This document shows, piece after piece, positions 49,292 to 59,611 of a DNA stretch of 64,000 nt. The translations under genes were made by a program, and so were the position numbers. The stretch comes from Bacteroidetes bacterium UBA7662 (GTDB taxonomy: Bacteria > Bacteroidota > Bacteroidia > UBA7662): positions 21,956 through 85,955 of the forward strand of contig DLHS01000016.1 of the NCBI GenBank assembly GCA_002483345.1, read 5' to 3'. Position 1 is the first letter of the stretch. Every line of letters begins with the position of its first letter. Below the pieces are notes generated by a model. The model made no database searches. It was not told where the DNA came from and saw only the letters and a list, made by a program, of their open reading frames with translations.

Positions 49292-50535
49292 TGTACTGGC
49301 TTTACCGAAGCGCTGTTTTCCTGTATGGTCTGGGTATCCGCCTGGCTGCCCTCTGGCAACCTAAGGCACGTTTGTGGTTAGAAGGCCGTAAAAGGATCTG
49401 GGATCAGTTGGCTGATATACCACCGGGCAGCAAAGTAGTCTGGTTTCATACCGCCTCTCTGGGAGAATTTGAGCAGGGGCGCCCTTTGATAGAGCATTAC
49501 CGCAAGTTGCATCCTGATTACTTTTTATTGCTCACTTTCTTTTCTCCTTCCGGTTTTACACCCAGAAAAAACTATGCGTATGTCGACAAGGTATGTTACC
49601 TCCCCCTCGACCACCCTGCTGCTTCCAGGAGATTTTTTGATTTAGTCAGGCCTTCCCTGATTGTTTTCGTGAAGTACGAATTCTGGTATCACTATTTCCG
49701 GGAGGCTTCCCGCCGGAACATACCGCTCATACTGGTATCGGCACGTTTCAGGGCAAATCAGCTATTCTTTCAACCCCTGTCGGGTGCCTTCTGGCGAAAA
49801 ATACCGGCCATGGCCAGTCACATTTTTGTACAGGATCGGGAGTCGGCCGATTTACTTCAAAGCATTGGCATAGAACAGGTGACTGTAAATTCTGACACCA
49901 GATTTGACCGGGTGTTACAGGTAAAAGAGGAGTACTTCCGGGACGAACGTCTGGAGGCCTTCTGCATGGGGAAGACCATCATAGCAGGAAGCAGCTGGCC
50001 GGTGGATGAGCAGTTATTGCTGGAAATCATGCAAAGGAAGGAACTGAAAGCATGGAAACTGATCCTGGTTCCTCATGATTTAAGGCAGGATCACCTGACC
50101 CGATTAAGCGAGCAGTTAGGCTCATCGGGGCAGCGGTACGCTGATCAGCCAAATCCAAAAACGTTGGCTGCCGCCCGGTTTCTGATACTTGATACGGTGG
50201 GGATGCTCTCGAAAGTATATCGTTACGGAGAAATTGCCTATGTAGGAGGAGGTTTCGGCAAGGGCATACACAATACCCTCGAAGCAGCCGTGTATGGTTT
50301 ACCGGTGCTGTTCGGCCCCGAACATGCCAAATTTCTGGAGGCGGCCGATTTAATAGCGTTGGGTGCCGGGTTTGAAGTCAGGGATGTTCAGACCATGGGT
50401 AACCGGCTGGTTATGCTCGCTGAAAATGAGGTAGAAAGAACCGCAATAGCGGGGAATATTTCTGCCTACTTTCAGGAGAAAAGGGGTGCTACAGACCGGA
50501 TTTTGTCCTGGATGGAGCAGACAGCCCTTGGGTAA
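49291..50535 (+). CDS. waaA: Kdo transferase
   Basis: WFHTASLGEFEQ, TFFSPSG, YLPLD, KYEFW, DTRFDRV, YVGGGF..GIHNTLEAA; start ATG 49291. Confidence 0.92.
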   Translation: MYWLYRSAVFLYGLGIRLAALWQPKARLWLEGRKRIWDQLADIPPGSKVVWFHTASLGEFEQGRPLIEHYRKLHPDYFLLLTFFSPSGFTPRKNYAYVDKVCYLPLDHPAASRRFFDLVRPSLIVFVKYEFWYHYFREASRRNIPLILVSARFRANQLFFQPLSGAFWRKIPAMASHIFVQDRESADLLQSIGIEQVTVNSDTRFDRVLQVKEEYFRDERLEAFCMGKTIIAGSSWPVDEQLLLEIMQRKELKAWKLILVPHDLRQDHLTRLSEQLGSSGQRYADQPNPKTLAAARFLILDTVGMLSKVYRYGEIAYVGGGFGKGIHNTLEAAVYGLPVLFGPEHAKFLEAADLIALGAGFEVRDVQTMGNRLVMLAENEVERTAIAGNISAYFQEKRGATDRILSWMEQTALG

Positions 50536-50548
50536 CCCTGTATTTCGG

Positions 50549-51325
50549 TTACTGTGCTGAAAATCGGCGGAGTATGAGGTGCAGGAAATTTACCAACGCC
50601 TCTTTTTCCATTTCCCAGCCATAGCGTGGTAAAAGTTCACTGGCGATGTAGGCTTCCGCCTCTTCCACATTGGCGCGGCTGTTCAAAGCATCCACGGCAT
50701 CAGCATATGCCTGGTGATCGTTGGCAAACAACTCACGAATGAAGAGAAACTTCTCATTAAGTCCGATGCCTGATTTGAGATCATGTATCGGCTTGAGTTT
50801 AAGATGTGTCAGAATCAGGTCTTTATCTCCTGACAGTTTTAAGACCTCAGCAATCGAAAAACGATTGTACTGCAGGGTGACCTTAGGCTCGGGCGTTTGA
50901 TCAGCCGTTTTTTCGGCCGTTACAGTAATGACGAGTTGCTCAATTTCAAGATCCGGGCCAGGTTCCTTCAGCTCCTTTTCTTCCTGTGCAGGCTCATTCT
51001 CCGGATATACTTCCGTTTCTGAACTTTCCGCTTCTGCTGTAACCGGCTCCTTTTCCGTTGAAAAAGTTGCTGCTTCGGGTTCTTCCGTTTCCGGAAGGGC
51101 TGCCGCCTCTTCTGCAAGTTGCTGCAGGATTTCGGCAGGCTGACCTTCCGCGGCCCCGGCTGCTTCGGGTAATTTCAGAATTGCCTCGTACAGCAGCCGT
51201 CCACGGTATAATACCAGGTCCTTTTCAACGGTATGGAGTTTTTCTTCCGTACCGAATTTATCGATCGTTGTAGTGAGCTCCTCCAAACATTGCAGGAGGG
51301 TTTTCAGCGCTTGGGTGTGGTGCAT
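50549..51325 (-). CDS. Hypothetical protein with acidic low-complexity linker
   Basis: E/P/A-rich middle, C-terminal DLKSGIGLNEKFLFIRELF domain I recall from Bacteroidota hypotheticals. Confidence 0.75.
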   Translation of the reverse strand: MHHTQALKTLLQCLEELTTTIDKFGTEEKLHTVEKDLVLYRGRLLYEAILKLPEAAGAAEGQPAEILQQLAEEAAALPETEEPEAATFSTEKEPVTAEAESSETEVYPENEPAQEEKELKEPGPDLEIEQLVITVTAEKTADQTPEPKVTLQYNRFSIAEVLKLSGDKDLILTHLKLKPIHDLKSGIGLNEKFLFIRELFANDHQAYADAVDALNSRANVEEAEAYIASELLPRYGWEMEKEALVNFLHLILRRFSAQ

Positions 51326-51385
51326 GGAATCCTTACTTTCGCAGTAACAACGCTAAGTTAAGCGGTTGGGTACGAAAAGTGGAAT

Positions 51386-51967
51386 ATGTTCACAGAACCA
51401 GGGCTCAGAAGCGCTTCCAAAGGGTGGATTGAGGTGATATGCGGATCGATGTTCTCGGGCAAAACCGAAGAACTGATACGCAGACTGCGCAGAGCGCAGT
51501 TTGCCAACCAACACATAGAAATTTTCAAACCCACCATCGATACTCGCTATCACGAAACTGAGATTGTGAGCCATGATGCCAACAGCATCCACTCTACGCC
51601 GGTGGAACATTCGCAGAACATTCTTTTGCTGGCCAATACCGTTGAGGTAGTCGGCATCGACGAGGCACAGTTTTTTGATGCCTCGCTGACAGATGTATGC
51701 CAGCAACTGGCTCAAAGAGGCAGCCGGGTTATCGTGGCTGGTTTGGATATGGATTATCTCGGCAACCCTTTCGGCCCCATGCCGGGTTTGCTGGCAGTGG
51801 CCGAATATGTCACCAAAGTGCATGCCATCTGTATGGTTTGCGGCGATCTGGCCAGTCACTCTTTCCGTAAAAACGATGATTCCCAAAAAGTACTGCTGGG
51901 AGAAAAAGACAGCTATGAGCCCCGTTGCCGCCGTTGTTTTCAGGACGGATTAGCACAAAAATCCTGA
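51386..51967 (+). CDS. tdk: Thymidine kinase
   Basis: [12 protein letters not shown]-loop, IDEAQF, AGLD, C..C and YEPRCRRC zinc site. Confidence 0.96.
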   Translation: MFTEPGLRSASKGWIEVICGSMFSGKTEELIRRLRRAQFANQHIEIFKPTIDTRYHETEIVSHDANSIHSTPVEHSQNILLLANTVEVVGIDEAQFFDASLTDVCQQLAQRGSRVIVAGLDMDYLGNPFGPMPGLLAVAEYVTKVHAICMVCGDLASHSFRKNDDSQKVLLGEKDSYEPRCRRCFQDGLAQKS

Positions 51968-51968
51968 T

Positions 51969-53402
51969 ATGAGCTTATTTCTACGGATACTCATGCTGGT
52001 CACGTTCTTGTCAGGCTGTGGCAGCAACAAACAAAATGCCCCTGCACCTTTGCTCGAACCCGCAGATACACCTGCTGAGCTACCTGTTTCGACCCTGCAA
52101 TTTCCCATAGTAATACCCTATGCCGACGTTGAGAAAAGGTTGAACAAAGAGCTGGGTATCCGCTTATATGAGGACAACGATTTCGAAAACAATGGCGTTG
52201 ACAACATAAAACTCACCGTGCATCGCACCGGGAATATCCGGATGAATGCCCTGAACGATTACCTGCAGTTTACGGTGCCGCTGAACATCTGGGTAGAGGG
52301 GAGGATAAAATCAAGTCTGGGAGGCATTTTCAGTCCGCAGCAAGCACCACAAATCACCAAAGCGGCCAATTTCAAAATTGAAGTAACCCTCAGCAGCAAG
52401 GCAGAGGCACAAAGCGACTGGAGCATCAAAACCACTTCTCAGGTTAATTTCCGTTGGACAGCATCGCCAACCCTCGATTTTGGCATCGTCAAATTACCTA
52501 TCGGAGGACTGATAGAAAAGGTGGTTGCGGGGCAGCTTAACAAGCTCGCTGTCCAGCTGGATGCAGAAGCTAAAAAGCAACTTCAGTTCAGGACTCAGGT
52601 GGATCAATACTGGCGCGAAATTCAACAGCCTATCCGCATAGCAGGGCCTTTCCCTGCTATCCTGTACATACAACCCGAAAGTATACAGCTGGCCCCCCTG
52701 AAGCCTGGCCCAGCTTCCCTGGAATTACGCACGGCCATTCAGGCTAAAATCCTGCTTACCACAGACACTTTACTTCGGAAACCGGCGCTGATACCCATGC
52801 CTGCCCTGCGGCTGGGAGAACCTGCCACAACAGGTGCTCAGTTGATGCTCACCGCAGCGTTGAGCTATAGCCAGCTCAGTGAACTGGCCAGAAAAAACAT
52901 CGCCGGACAGGAATTTGCCTTTGAGAACGGGAAACACCGGCTTACCCTGGAAGACATTGAAATAAGTGGTTTAGGAACCACGTTGCAAGCCAAAGTACGT
53001 ATCAAAGGCAGCGCCAAAGCGGGTCTGTTCGGACGCAAAAAACTGGACGGCACCTACTATTTCACCGGAACCCCTTATTACGAGCCCATCAAACAGGAAA
53101 TCCGCATCAAAAACTTTGATTTTGATGTAAAAAGTAAAGATTTACTACTCCAGACGGCCGAATGGCTTTTCAAAAGTAATTTCAAAAAGCAGCTTGCGGA
53201 GCAACTGCGATACCCACTGGCCAAAGATCTGCAACAACTCAGCATCACGGCAGAAAACGCCCTGAACAAACCTTTCAGCAAAGAAATCCTCCTATCCGGA
53301 AAAATTACCAAACTGGAACCCGGTGAGATCAGACTCGATCCGCGGCAATTGGTTATTTACGTTGAAACAACCGGAACAGTCGCCATTCAATTCAAAGATT
53401 AA
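51969..53402 (+). CDS. DUF4403-like lipoprotein
   Basis: Lipobox LSGC, two tubular lipid-binding-like repeats, G.P.Y motif. Confidence 0.7.
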   Translation: MSLFLRILMLVTFLSGCGSNKQNAPAPLLEPADTPAELPVSTLQFPIVIPYADVEKRLNKELGIRLYEDNDFENNGVDNIKLTVHRTGNIRMNALNDYLQFTVPLNIWVEGRIKSSLGGIFSPQQAPQITKAANFKIEVTLSSKAEAQSDWSIKTTSQVNFRWTASPTLDFGIVKLPIGGLIEKVVAGQLNKLAVQLDAEAKKQLQFRTQVDQYWREIQQPIRIAGPFPAILYIQPESIQLAPLKPGPASLELRTAIQAKILLTTDTLLRKPALIPMPALRLGEPATTGAQLMLTAALSYSQLSELARKNIAGQEFAFENGKHRLTLEDIEISGLGTTLQAKVRIKGSAKAGLFGRKKLDGTYYFTGTPYYEPIKQEIRIKNFDFDVKSKDLLLQTAEWLFKSNFKKQLAEQLRYPLAKDLQQLSITAENALNKPFSKEILLSGKITKLEPGEIRLDPRQLVIYVETTGTVAIQFKD

Positions 53403-53411
53403 TCCGGGGCA

Positions 53412-53495
53412 GGGAATTATATGGAACGGTCACGACCGTCCCGTATTTGCAGGACGGCCCGGGGATTTATAGGAACGGTGGAGACCGTCCCTTAT
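53412..53495. repeat. REP-like palindrome doublet
   Basis: GGAACGGTCACGACCGTCCC and GGAACGGTGGAGACCGTCCC in direct tandem between convergent genes. Confidence 0.7.
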
Positions 53496-53496
53496 A

Positions 53497-54903
53497 TCAC
53501 ATGTGGAGTGCGCGGTTTGCTGTTGCGGCGAGGCAGGCTTCGCGGAATACTTCTGTATAGGTTGGGTGTGCATGGCTCATGCGGGCAATGTCTTCGGCAG
53601 AAGCACGGAACTCCATGGCTACTACGGCCTCTGCTATCATATCTGCTACGCGTGGACCAATCATGTGTACACCCAGTATTTCATCGGTGTCTTTGTGGGC
53701 ATAAACACGTACAACGCCGTCCATGTCCATGGAAGCGCGCGCGCGGCCACTTGCTTTAAACGGGAATGCGCCTGTTTTATAGGGAATCGCCTGCTCCTTG
53801 AGTTCCTTTTCGGTATACCCTACGCTTGACACTTCGGGCCAGGTATAAACAACGTTCGGGATAAGCAGGTAATTGATGTGCGGCTTCTGACCTGCAATCA
53901 GCTCTGCAACGAAAACGCCTTCTTCTTCCGCCTTGTGGGCCAGCATCGCACCCTTTACCACATCTCCGATGGCATAAATGCCCGGTACAGTGGTTTCCAG
54001 GTGATTATTTACAGGGATACGGCCACGTTCGTCTGCGGTCAGCCCTGCCTTTTCGAGCGACAGTCCATCGGTATAAGGCCGTCGGCCTACCGAAACGAGG
54101 GTGTAATCAGCCTTCAGTTCTTTCTTCTCTCCGGTTTTAAGTTCCTCGAATGCCACAACCGTTTGTTTTCCTTTAACGGCTACTCCGGTCACTTTGTGTC
54201 CGAAATAGAAGTCAAAGCCCAGTTTTGCAAGTACTTTTTGCAGCTCTTTGCCCATGGCGGCATCCATGGTGGGAATCAGCGAATCGGTAAACTCTATCAC
54301 TGAAACTTTAGCACCCAGCCTGCCATAAACCGACCCTAACTCCATTCCGATGACACCACCCCCTATGACCACCATGTGTTTGGGAACTTCCTGCAGATTT
54401 AAGGCTTCTGTAGAGGTAATGATGCGCTTTTTGTCAATTTCAACTCCCGGGATAGCCATTGGCTTTGATCCTGTGGCAATGATGATGTTTTTAGCCGTAA
54501 TCTGCTCGCTGCTGCCATCGGTTTTGGCTATGCTCAGGGTGTTTTTATCAAGAAAAGAACCATGCCCTTCAAAAACCGTGATTTTGTTCTTTTTCATGAG
54601 GAAGGCGATGCCATCCACATTCTGTTTCACAACTTCGTTTTTGCGGGCAATCATCTGCAGGAGATTCACTTTCAGTCCATTCAGGTCAATGCCATGTATT
54701 TTAAACGTATGTTCTGCATTGTGGTAATGTTCGGATGAATCGAGCATGGCTTTGGACGGGATACACCCCACGTTTAGACAGGTTCCACCCAAGGTTTTGT
54801 AACGCTCGATAATGGCTGTTTTTAACCCAAGCTGAGCACAACGGATAGCGGCTACATACCCCCCGGGGCCTGAACCAATTATGGCTACATCAAAATTCGA
54901 CAT
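53497..54903 (-). CDS. lpdA: Dihydrolipoamide dehydrogenase (E3)
   Basis: GSGPGGYVAA, GGTCLNVGCIPSK, GGGVIG, LAHKAEEEG, HAHPT; start ATG 54903. Confidence 0.96.
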   Translation of the reverse strand: MSNFDVAIIGSGPGGYVAAIRCAQLGLKTAIIERYKTLGGTCLNVGCIPSKAMLDSSEHYHNAEHTFKIHGIDLNGLKVNLLQMIARKNEVVKQNVDGIAFLMKKNKITVFEGHGSFLDKNTLSIAKTDGSSEQITAKNIIIATGSKPMAIPGVEIDKKRIITSTEALNLQEVPKHMVVIGGGVIGMELGSVYGRLGAKVSVIEFTDSLIPTMDAAMGKELQKVLAKLGFDFYFGHKVTGVAVKGKQTVVAFEELKTGEKKELKADYTLVSVGRRPYTDGLSLEKAGLTADERGRIPVNNHLETTVPGIYAIGDVVKGAMLAHKAEEEGVFVAELIAGQKPHINYLLIPNVVYTWPEVSSVGYTEKELKEQAIPYKTGAFPFKASGRARASMDMDGVVRVYAHKDTDEILGVHMIGPRVADMIAEAVVAMEFRASAEDIARMSHAHPTYTEVFREACLAATANRALHM

Positions 54904-54921
54904 GGACTGATTATTTGTCTG

Positions 54922-54929
54922 CAAAAATA
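54922..54929 (-). promoter_or_regulatory. Bacteroidota -7 box TATTTTTG for lpdA
   Basis: TAnnTTTG on minus strand 18 bp before lpdA ATG. Confidence 0.55.
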
Positions 54930-55003
54930 AGAGAATCAAACCAAAAGGAGGGGTTTTGGTTTTACAAGTACCGGGAAAACAACTTATCTTTCTTCAACCA
55001 TTC

Positions 55004-57433
55004 ATGACAACGGTAGCAAAATACAAACACAATAAATTTGAAATCGATTATCAGTCGATGCTCGAAGGTGTTGCGCTTGCTTCCGCCCTGTTGCTGAAAT
55101 CGGTTACACCTGAAGATGTATTCCCGCAGGTGGTTACCACCATTGGCCAGGCTACACGGGTAGATCGCTGTTATATATTTAAAAATTTCTACCTCGAGGG
55201 ACATGCTTATATGTCGCAGCAGTATGAGTGGGTGCGTGATGGTGTTTCGATACAAATAGATAATCCGGCGCTGCAAAAAATCACCTATGATATTCTCCCG
55301 GGTCTGTACGCCCAATTGAGCAGGCGGAAGGATTACAGTGGGTTGGTAAGGGAAAGCACCGATGAATTCAGGGCCATGATGGAGGCACAGGATATTGTCA
55401 GTTATCTGCTGCTTCCCATTTTTATGGGAGAAACCTTCTGGGGATTTATAGGTTATGACGACTGCCAGCATGATAAAATCTGGACAACTGCTGAAATAAA
55501 CACCCTGGCTACCCTGGCAGCCGCCATAGGGGCCTTTTTGGTCCGTCACAAACTGGAAACGGAGCTGCGTGAAAAAAATGCCCAATATGAACTTGCCTTA
55601 CGGGGTTCTCAGGACGGCATCTGGGAACTGGATTACCGTACCGGTAAAATTTTCACTAACCGGCAATGGCGGGAGATGTTTGGGTTCAGGCATATGACCG
55701 AATACGGCCTTACCCTGGATCTTTTTCTGGAGCTTTTGCATCCTGCAGATCGAAAAAGAGTTGAAGGAGAATTGAACGACTACCTGAAAAGAGGCAAAGG
55801 CACCCTTGATCTGGAATACCGCATACAACATGCCAAAGGACACTACATCTGGATTTACCGCAGGTCGGCTGCTGAATGGGATGAAAACGGTGAACCCGTC
55901 AGATTAGGAGGCTCAGATTCTGACATCACCGAACGGAAGATTCACGACAAGCTGCTCGCAGATAATGAAAAACAATACCGTGAGCTCATCAATAACCTGA
56001 ATGATGTGATTTTTGAAACGGATCATCAGGGTCGTTTTACTTTTCTCAACAAAGCCTGGGAAGACCTCACCGGTTATACTGTCGCCGAGTCAATTGGTTT
56101 AAAAGGAGCCGATTTTGTGCTCCGGGAAGACGCGGCAATCATTCCTATGGTCTCCCATAAAATGAATGTTCTCCATAAAAACAGCGTCTCGGAAGAATTC
56201 AGGTACCGCCGTAAAAACGGGGAGGCGGTATGGGTGCACATGGTCGGGAACAAAGTCTTTGACCATAAGGGTGAATTGACAGGTTTCAATGGCACCATCT
56301 CCAACATCCAGAGTCGCAGGGAAGCAGAAATCAGACTGATTGAAAGTGAGGCCAAATACAGGCTGATATCAGAGAATATGACGGATCTTGTTACCCAGCA
56401 TGACTTTGAAGGCAGGGTGAAATTCGCCTCCAGTTCCCTTCGCGACTGGCTGGGTTATGATGCGGAAAATCTGCCTTCTCTGGATTCGTTTTACTATTTC
56501 CATCCCGATGATATCAATCATATTCGGGCGAATGCCGTTGAAAAACTCAAGCAGGGGGAAAAAAGTGTTACCATCAACTACCGGCTGAGGCATGCGGAGG
56601 GTCACTATTTGTGGGTAGAATCACTCACCAAATATGTTTATAATGAAAAACATCAGATGGTAGCTATTCAGGTATCGACCCGCAATATTACCGAACGCAA
56701 ACAGGCTGAAGAGGATATCCGTCATGCGCTTGAAAAGGAAAAAGAACTACGCGATCTGAAATCCCGCTTTGTTGTCATGGCATCCCATGAATTCAGAACC
56801 CCACTGGCCACTATTCAGTCAAGTCTTGATTTGTTGCAGCACTATACTGAGCTGGATCAGTACGGGCAGCCATCCAAGACGGAGCGCCATTTTGTGCGCA
56901 TCCGCAGTGAGATTAAAAAGGTCACCGACCTGATGAACGACATTTTATTGCTCGGCAAACTGGAAGCAGGGCATACCAAGATGAAACTGGAGTCAACGGA
57001 CCTGATAGAACTTGTAAACGAGCTGATAGAGGGCAACTTCAGTCAGGGAAAAGATCCCAGAATACCTGTATTTGATTACAGCGGATTTCCCCGAAACATC
57101 TTTGCAGATCAGCAATTATTGAGGCATGCCCTTTCGAATCTGATTTCAAATGCCCTTAAATTTTCGAAAGAAAAACCGAATCCGCAGCTGCGCATCAACT
57201 ATCTGAAAAACAAGGTGAGAATTACCATTACTGATTTTGGCATCGGTATACCGCGGAATGAAAAAAATCGCATTTTTGAATCGTTCTACCGGGGTACCAA
57301 TACCACCGAATTTCAGGGCACCGGACTTGGGTTGGTGATTGCCAAAGAATTTGTGGAGATGCACCGAGGTATAATCTGGTTTGAATCGAACCCTGGCAAA
57401 AAGACTGTTTTTACTATTGAACTAAACCTATGA
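55004..57433 (+). CDS. Soluble GAF-PAS-PAS-PAS sensor histidine kinase
   Basis: VDRCYIF...WGFIGYDDC (GAF), three PAS/PAC units, ASHEFRTPL (H-box), NLISNALKF, DFGIG, GTGLGL; no TM segment. Confidence 0.92.
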   Translation: MTTVAKYKHNKFEIDYQSMLEGVALASALLLKSVTPEDVFPQVVTTIGQATRVDRCYIFKNFYLEGHAYMSQQYEWVRDGVSIQIDNPALQKITYDILPGLYAQLSRRKDYSGLVRESTDEFRAMMEAQDIVSYLLLPIFMGETFWGFIGYDDCQHDKIWTTAEINTLATLAAAIGAFLVRHKLETELREKNAQYELALRGSQDGIWELDYRTGKIFTNRQWREMFGFRHMTEYGLTLDLFLELLHPADRKRVEGELNDYLKRGKGTLDLEYRIQHAKGHYIWIYRRSAAEWDENGEPVRLGGSDSDITERKIHDKLLADNEKQYRELINNLNDVIFETDHQGRFTFLNKAWEDLTGYTVAESIGLKGADFVLREDAAIIPMVSHKMNVLHKNSVSEEFRYRRKNGEAVWVHMVGNKVFDHKGELTGFNGTISNIQSRREAEIRLIESEAKYRLISENMTDLVTQHDFEGRVKFASSSLRDWLGYDAENLPSLDSFYYFHPDDINHIRANAVEKLKQGEKSVTINYRLRHAEGHYLWVESLTKYVYNEKHQMVAIQVSTRNITERKQAEEDIRHALEKEKELRDLKSRFVVMASHEFRTPLATIQSSLDLLQHYTELDQYGQPSKTERHFVRIRSEIKKVTDLMNDILLLGKLEAGHTKMKLESTDLIELVNELIEGNFSQGKDPRIPVFDYSGFPRNIFADQQLLRHALSNLISNALKFSKEKPNPQLRINYLKNKVRITITDFGIGIPRNEKNRIFESFYRGTNTTEFQGTGLGLVIAKEFVEMHRGIIWFESNPGKKTVFTIELNL

Positions 57434-58167
57434 GCAGAATACTGATTGTTGAAGATGAACGTAGTTTGCGTGAGAATATCATGGAGCTTTTTGAAAGCCA
57501 GTCGTACGAGGTTTATGGCGCAGAAAACGGATCGGCCGGTTATGAAGCTGCCCTTCATCACAAACCAGACCTTATCATTTCGGATGTAATTATGCCGGAG
57601 GCAGATGGTTATGCCCTGCTTGAAAGACTTCGTCAGAATCCTTCTACAGAGCTTATTCCGGTTATTTTGCTGACTGCTAAAACCATGCTGGATGCCCGCA
57701 TTCAAGGCCTGCAATTAGGTGCAGACGACTACATAGGTAAACCCTTCAGTGCGGATGAATTACTGGTCCGTTCATCCAACCTTATCGAAAAGCAGAAAAA
57801 AATAATCCACAGGGCACTGACCAGCCCTGCCGAGGTGGAAGGTGACTCGCGCAATGAGGTACTGATTAAAAAAATAGTGCAGATTATTGAAGACCGGATG
57901 AGTGATTATAATCTCTCGGTTGATTTGATAGCACACCAGTTGGGTATAAGCAAATCTACCATCCAGCGTAAGCTCAAAAGCACTATCAATAAAAATCTCA
58001 ACCAGCTTATCCGGGAGTACCGGCTGGAGAAAGCCCGTAAGATGATAGAGAAAAAAACAGGTAGTTTATCTGACATTGCCACAGCCACGGGCTTCAACAG
58101 TCTTTCTTATTTCTCCTACTCTTATAAAAAATTCTTCGGCAAGGCACCCTCTCAGGAGGTTCGCTGA
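57430..58167 (+). CDS. Response regulator, REC + AraC HTH
   Basis: LIVEDE, PDLIISDVIMP, LLTAK, GADDYIGKPF; RLEKA...GFNSLSYFS..KKFFG. Confidence 0.92.
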   Translation: MSRILIVEDERSLRENIMELFESQSYEVYGAENGSAGYEAALHHKPDLIISDVIMPEADGYALLERLRQNPSTELIPVILLTAKTMLDARIQGLQLGADDYIGKPFSADELLVRSSNLIEKQKKIIHRALTSPAEVEGDSRNEVLIKKIVQIIEDRMSDYNLSVDLIAHQLGISKSTIQRKLKSTINKNLNQLIREYRLEKARKMIEKKTGSLSDIATATGFNSLSYFSYSYKKFFGKAPSQEVR

Positions 58168-58183
58168 GTAATCCCGGGCACCT

Positions 58184-59611
58184 ATGGCCGGCTTTTCCCT
58201 GTTGCAAAAACCGTTTCTCAGACAACTGCTTCGTTGGCTGTTTCCGCTGACGGCATTACTTTTTCTGACATCCGCTCCGATGGATCCGCCGGCTCGTTAT
58301 ACGCTGGCGTTGATGATCTGGATGTTGGGCTGGTGGATATTTGAACTGGCCCCCATCGCTGTAACAGCGCTTTTACCCCTGATATTTCTACCCTTAGCGG
58401 ATGTGCTTCCGCTGAAAGCAGTCGCTGCTGCTTATGGAGACCCGGTCATCTTTCTCTTTTTTTCAGGTTTTATCCTCGCTATCGCACTCGAAAAACATGG
58501 CCTTCATCTGCTTTTTTCAAGCTTTTTGCTCCACCATTTCGCCAGATCTGCAGGCAGTATTGTGCTCATTGTAATGGTGACCACCGCGTTTCTGAGTATG
58601 TGGATAAGCAATACCGCTACGGCTGTGATGATGTTACCCATCGGTTTAGCGGTGATGAAATCTTTTCTGGAACAGCATCCGACAGCAGATCCGCAGGACT
58701 GCCGGCGTTTTGCTACCTGCATGGTACTCGGAATTGCCCACAGTGCCAATATTGGTGGAGCAACCACCCTCATTGGCACACCCCCCAATGTGGTGATGGC
58801 CGGTTATATGCAGGAATTATTGCAATATGAGCTGGGTTTTGCCTCGTGGCTGTTTTTCGCGCTTCCCATTGGAATTTTCGTACTGCTGTGTTCCTGGTAT
58901 CTCATGACACATTTCCTCTTTCCGTTCAGATTCCCGGCTGGTCACGCTGTATTTTCCGTTAAAGCGGAACAGGTGAAACTCAATCAGCTGCAAAAACTCA
59001 TCGTAGTGGTCTTCTCCCTGACGGCCCTTTGCTGGATATTTAAAAATCAACTTGAAAACATAAGTGGTATCCGGCTGCACGATGCGCAGATTGGTCTGGC
59101 TGCTGCTGTCTTTTTATTCTTGCTGACAGACAAAAAAGGAGAAACCGCATTGCGTTGGCAAGATACCCGTGACTTGCCCTGGGGTATTTTGCTGCTTTTC
59201 GGTGGCGGTATTGCCCTTGCGAACGGCATGGAAACAGCCGGCATCCTGGAAGCGATTGGTACGTTTATGCAGCAGTTAGAGAGTATGCCCATGCTGCTAT
59301 TTATAATCATACTTACGGCAACAGCCATTTTTATGTCGGAAGTGATGAGTAATGTAGCCCTTGCTACGGTGATGCTGCCGATAGTCATCGGCATTGGGAA
59401 AGGCTTAGACCTGCCTCCTATGCTGCTGGTAGCACCGGTTACCCTCGCCACCACCTTTGCTTTCATGCTGCCGATTGGCACACCACCCAATGCGATTGTG
59501 TACGGCAGCGGTCAGGTAAGTCAGCAGGCTATGATACGGGCAGGCTGGTGGATGAACCTGATCTCAATCGGGGTAATCAGCCTGGTTTCTTACGTGTGGT
59601 TTAGACATTGA
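58184..59611 (+). CDS. DASS/SLC13 divalent anion (dicarboxylate/sulfate) transporter
   Basis: SMWISNTAT, IGTPPN, WGILLLFGGG, SEVMSNVA, AFMLPIGTPPNAI. Confidence 0.93.
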   Translation: MAGFSLLQKPFLRQLLRWLFPLTALLFLTSAPMDPPARYTLALMIWMLGWWIFELAPIAVTALLPLIFLPLADVLPLKAVAAAYGDPVIFLFFSGFILAIALEKHGLHLLFSSFLLHHFARSAGSIVLIVMVTTAFLSMWISNTATAVMMLPIGLAVMKSFLEQHPTADPQDCRRFATCMVLGIAHSANIGGATTLIGTPPNVVMAGYMQELLQYELGFASWLFFALPIGIFVLLCSWYLMTHFLFPFRFPAGHAVFSVKAEQVKLNQLQKLIVVVFSLTALCWIFKNQLENISGIRLHDAQIGLAAAVFLFLLTDKKGETALRWQDTRDLPWGILLLFGGGIALANGMETAGILEAIGTFMQQLESMPMLLFIIILTATAIFMSEVMSNVALATVMLPIVIGIGKGLDLPPMLLVAPVTLATTFAFMLPIGTPPNAIVYGSGQVSQQAMIRAGWWMNLISIGVISLVSYVWFRH

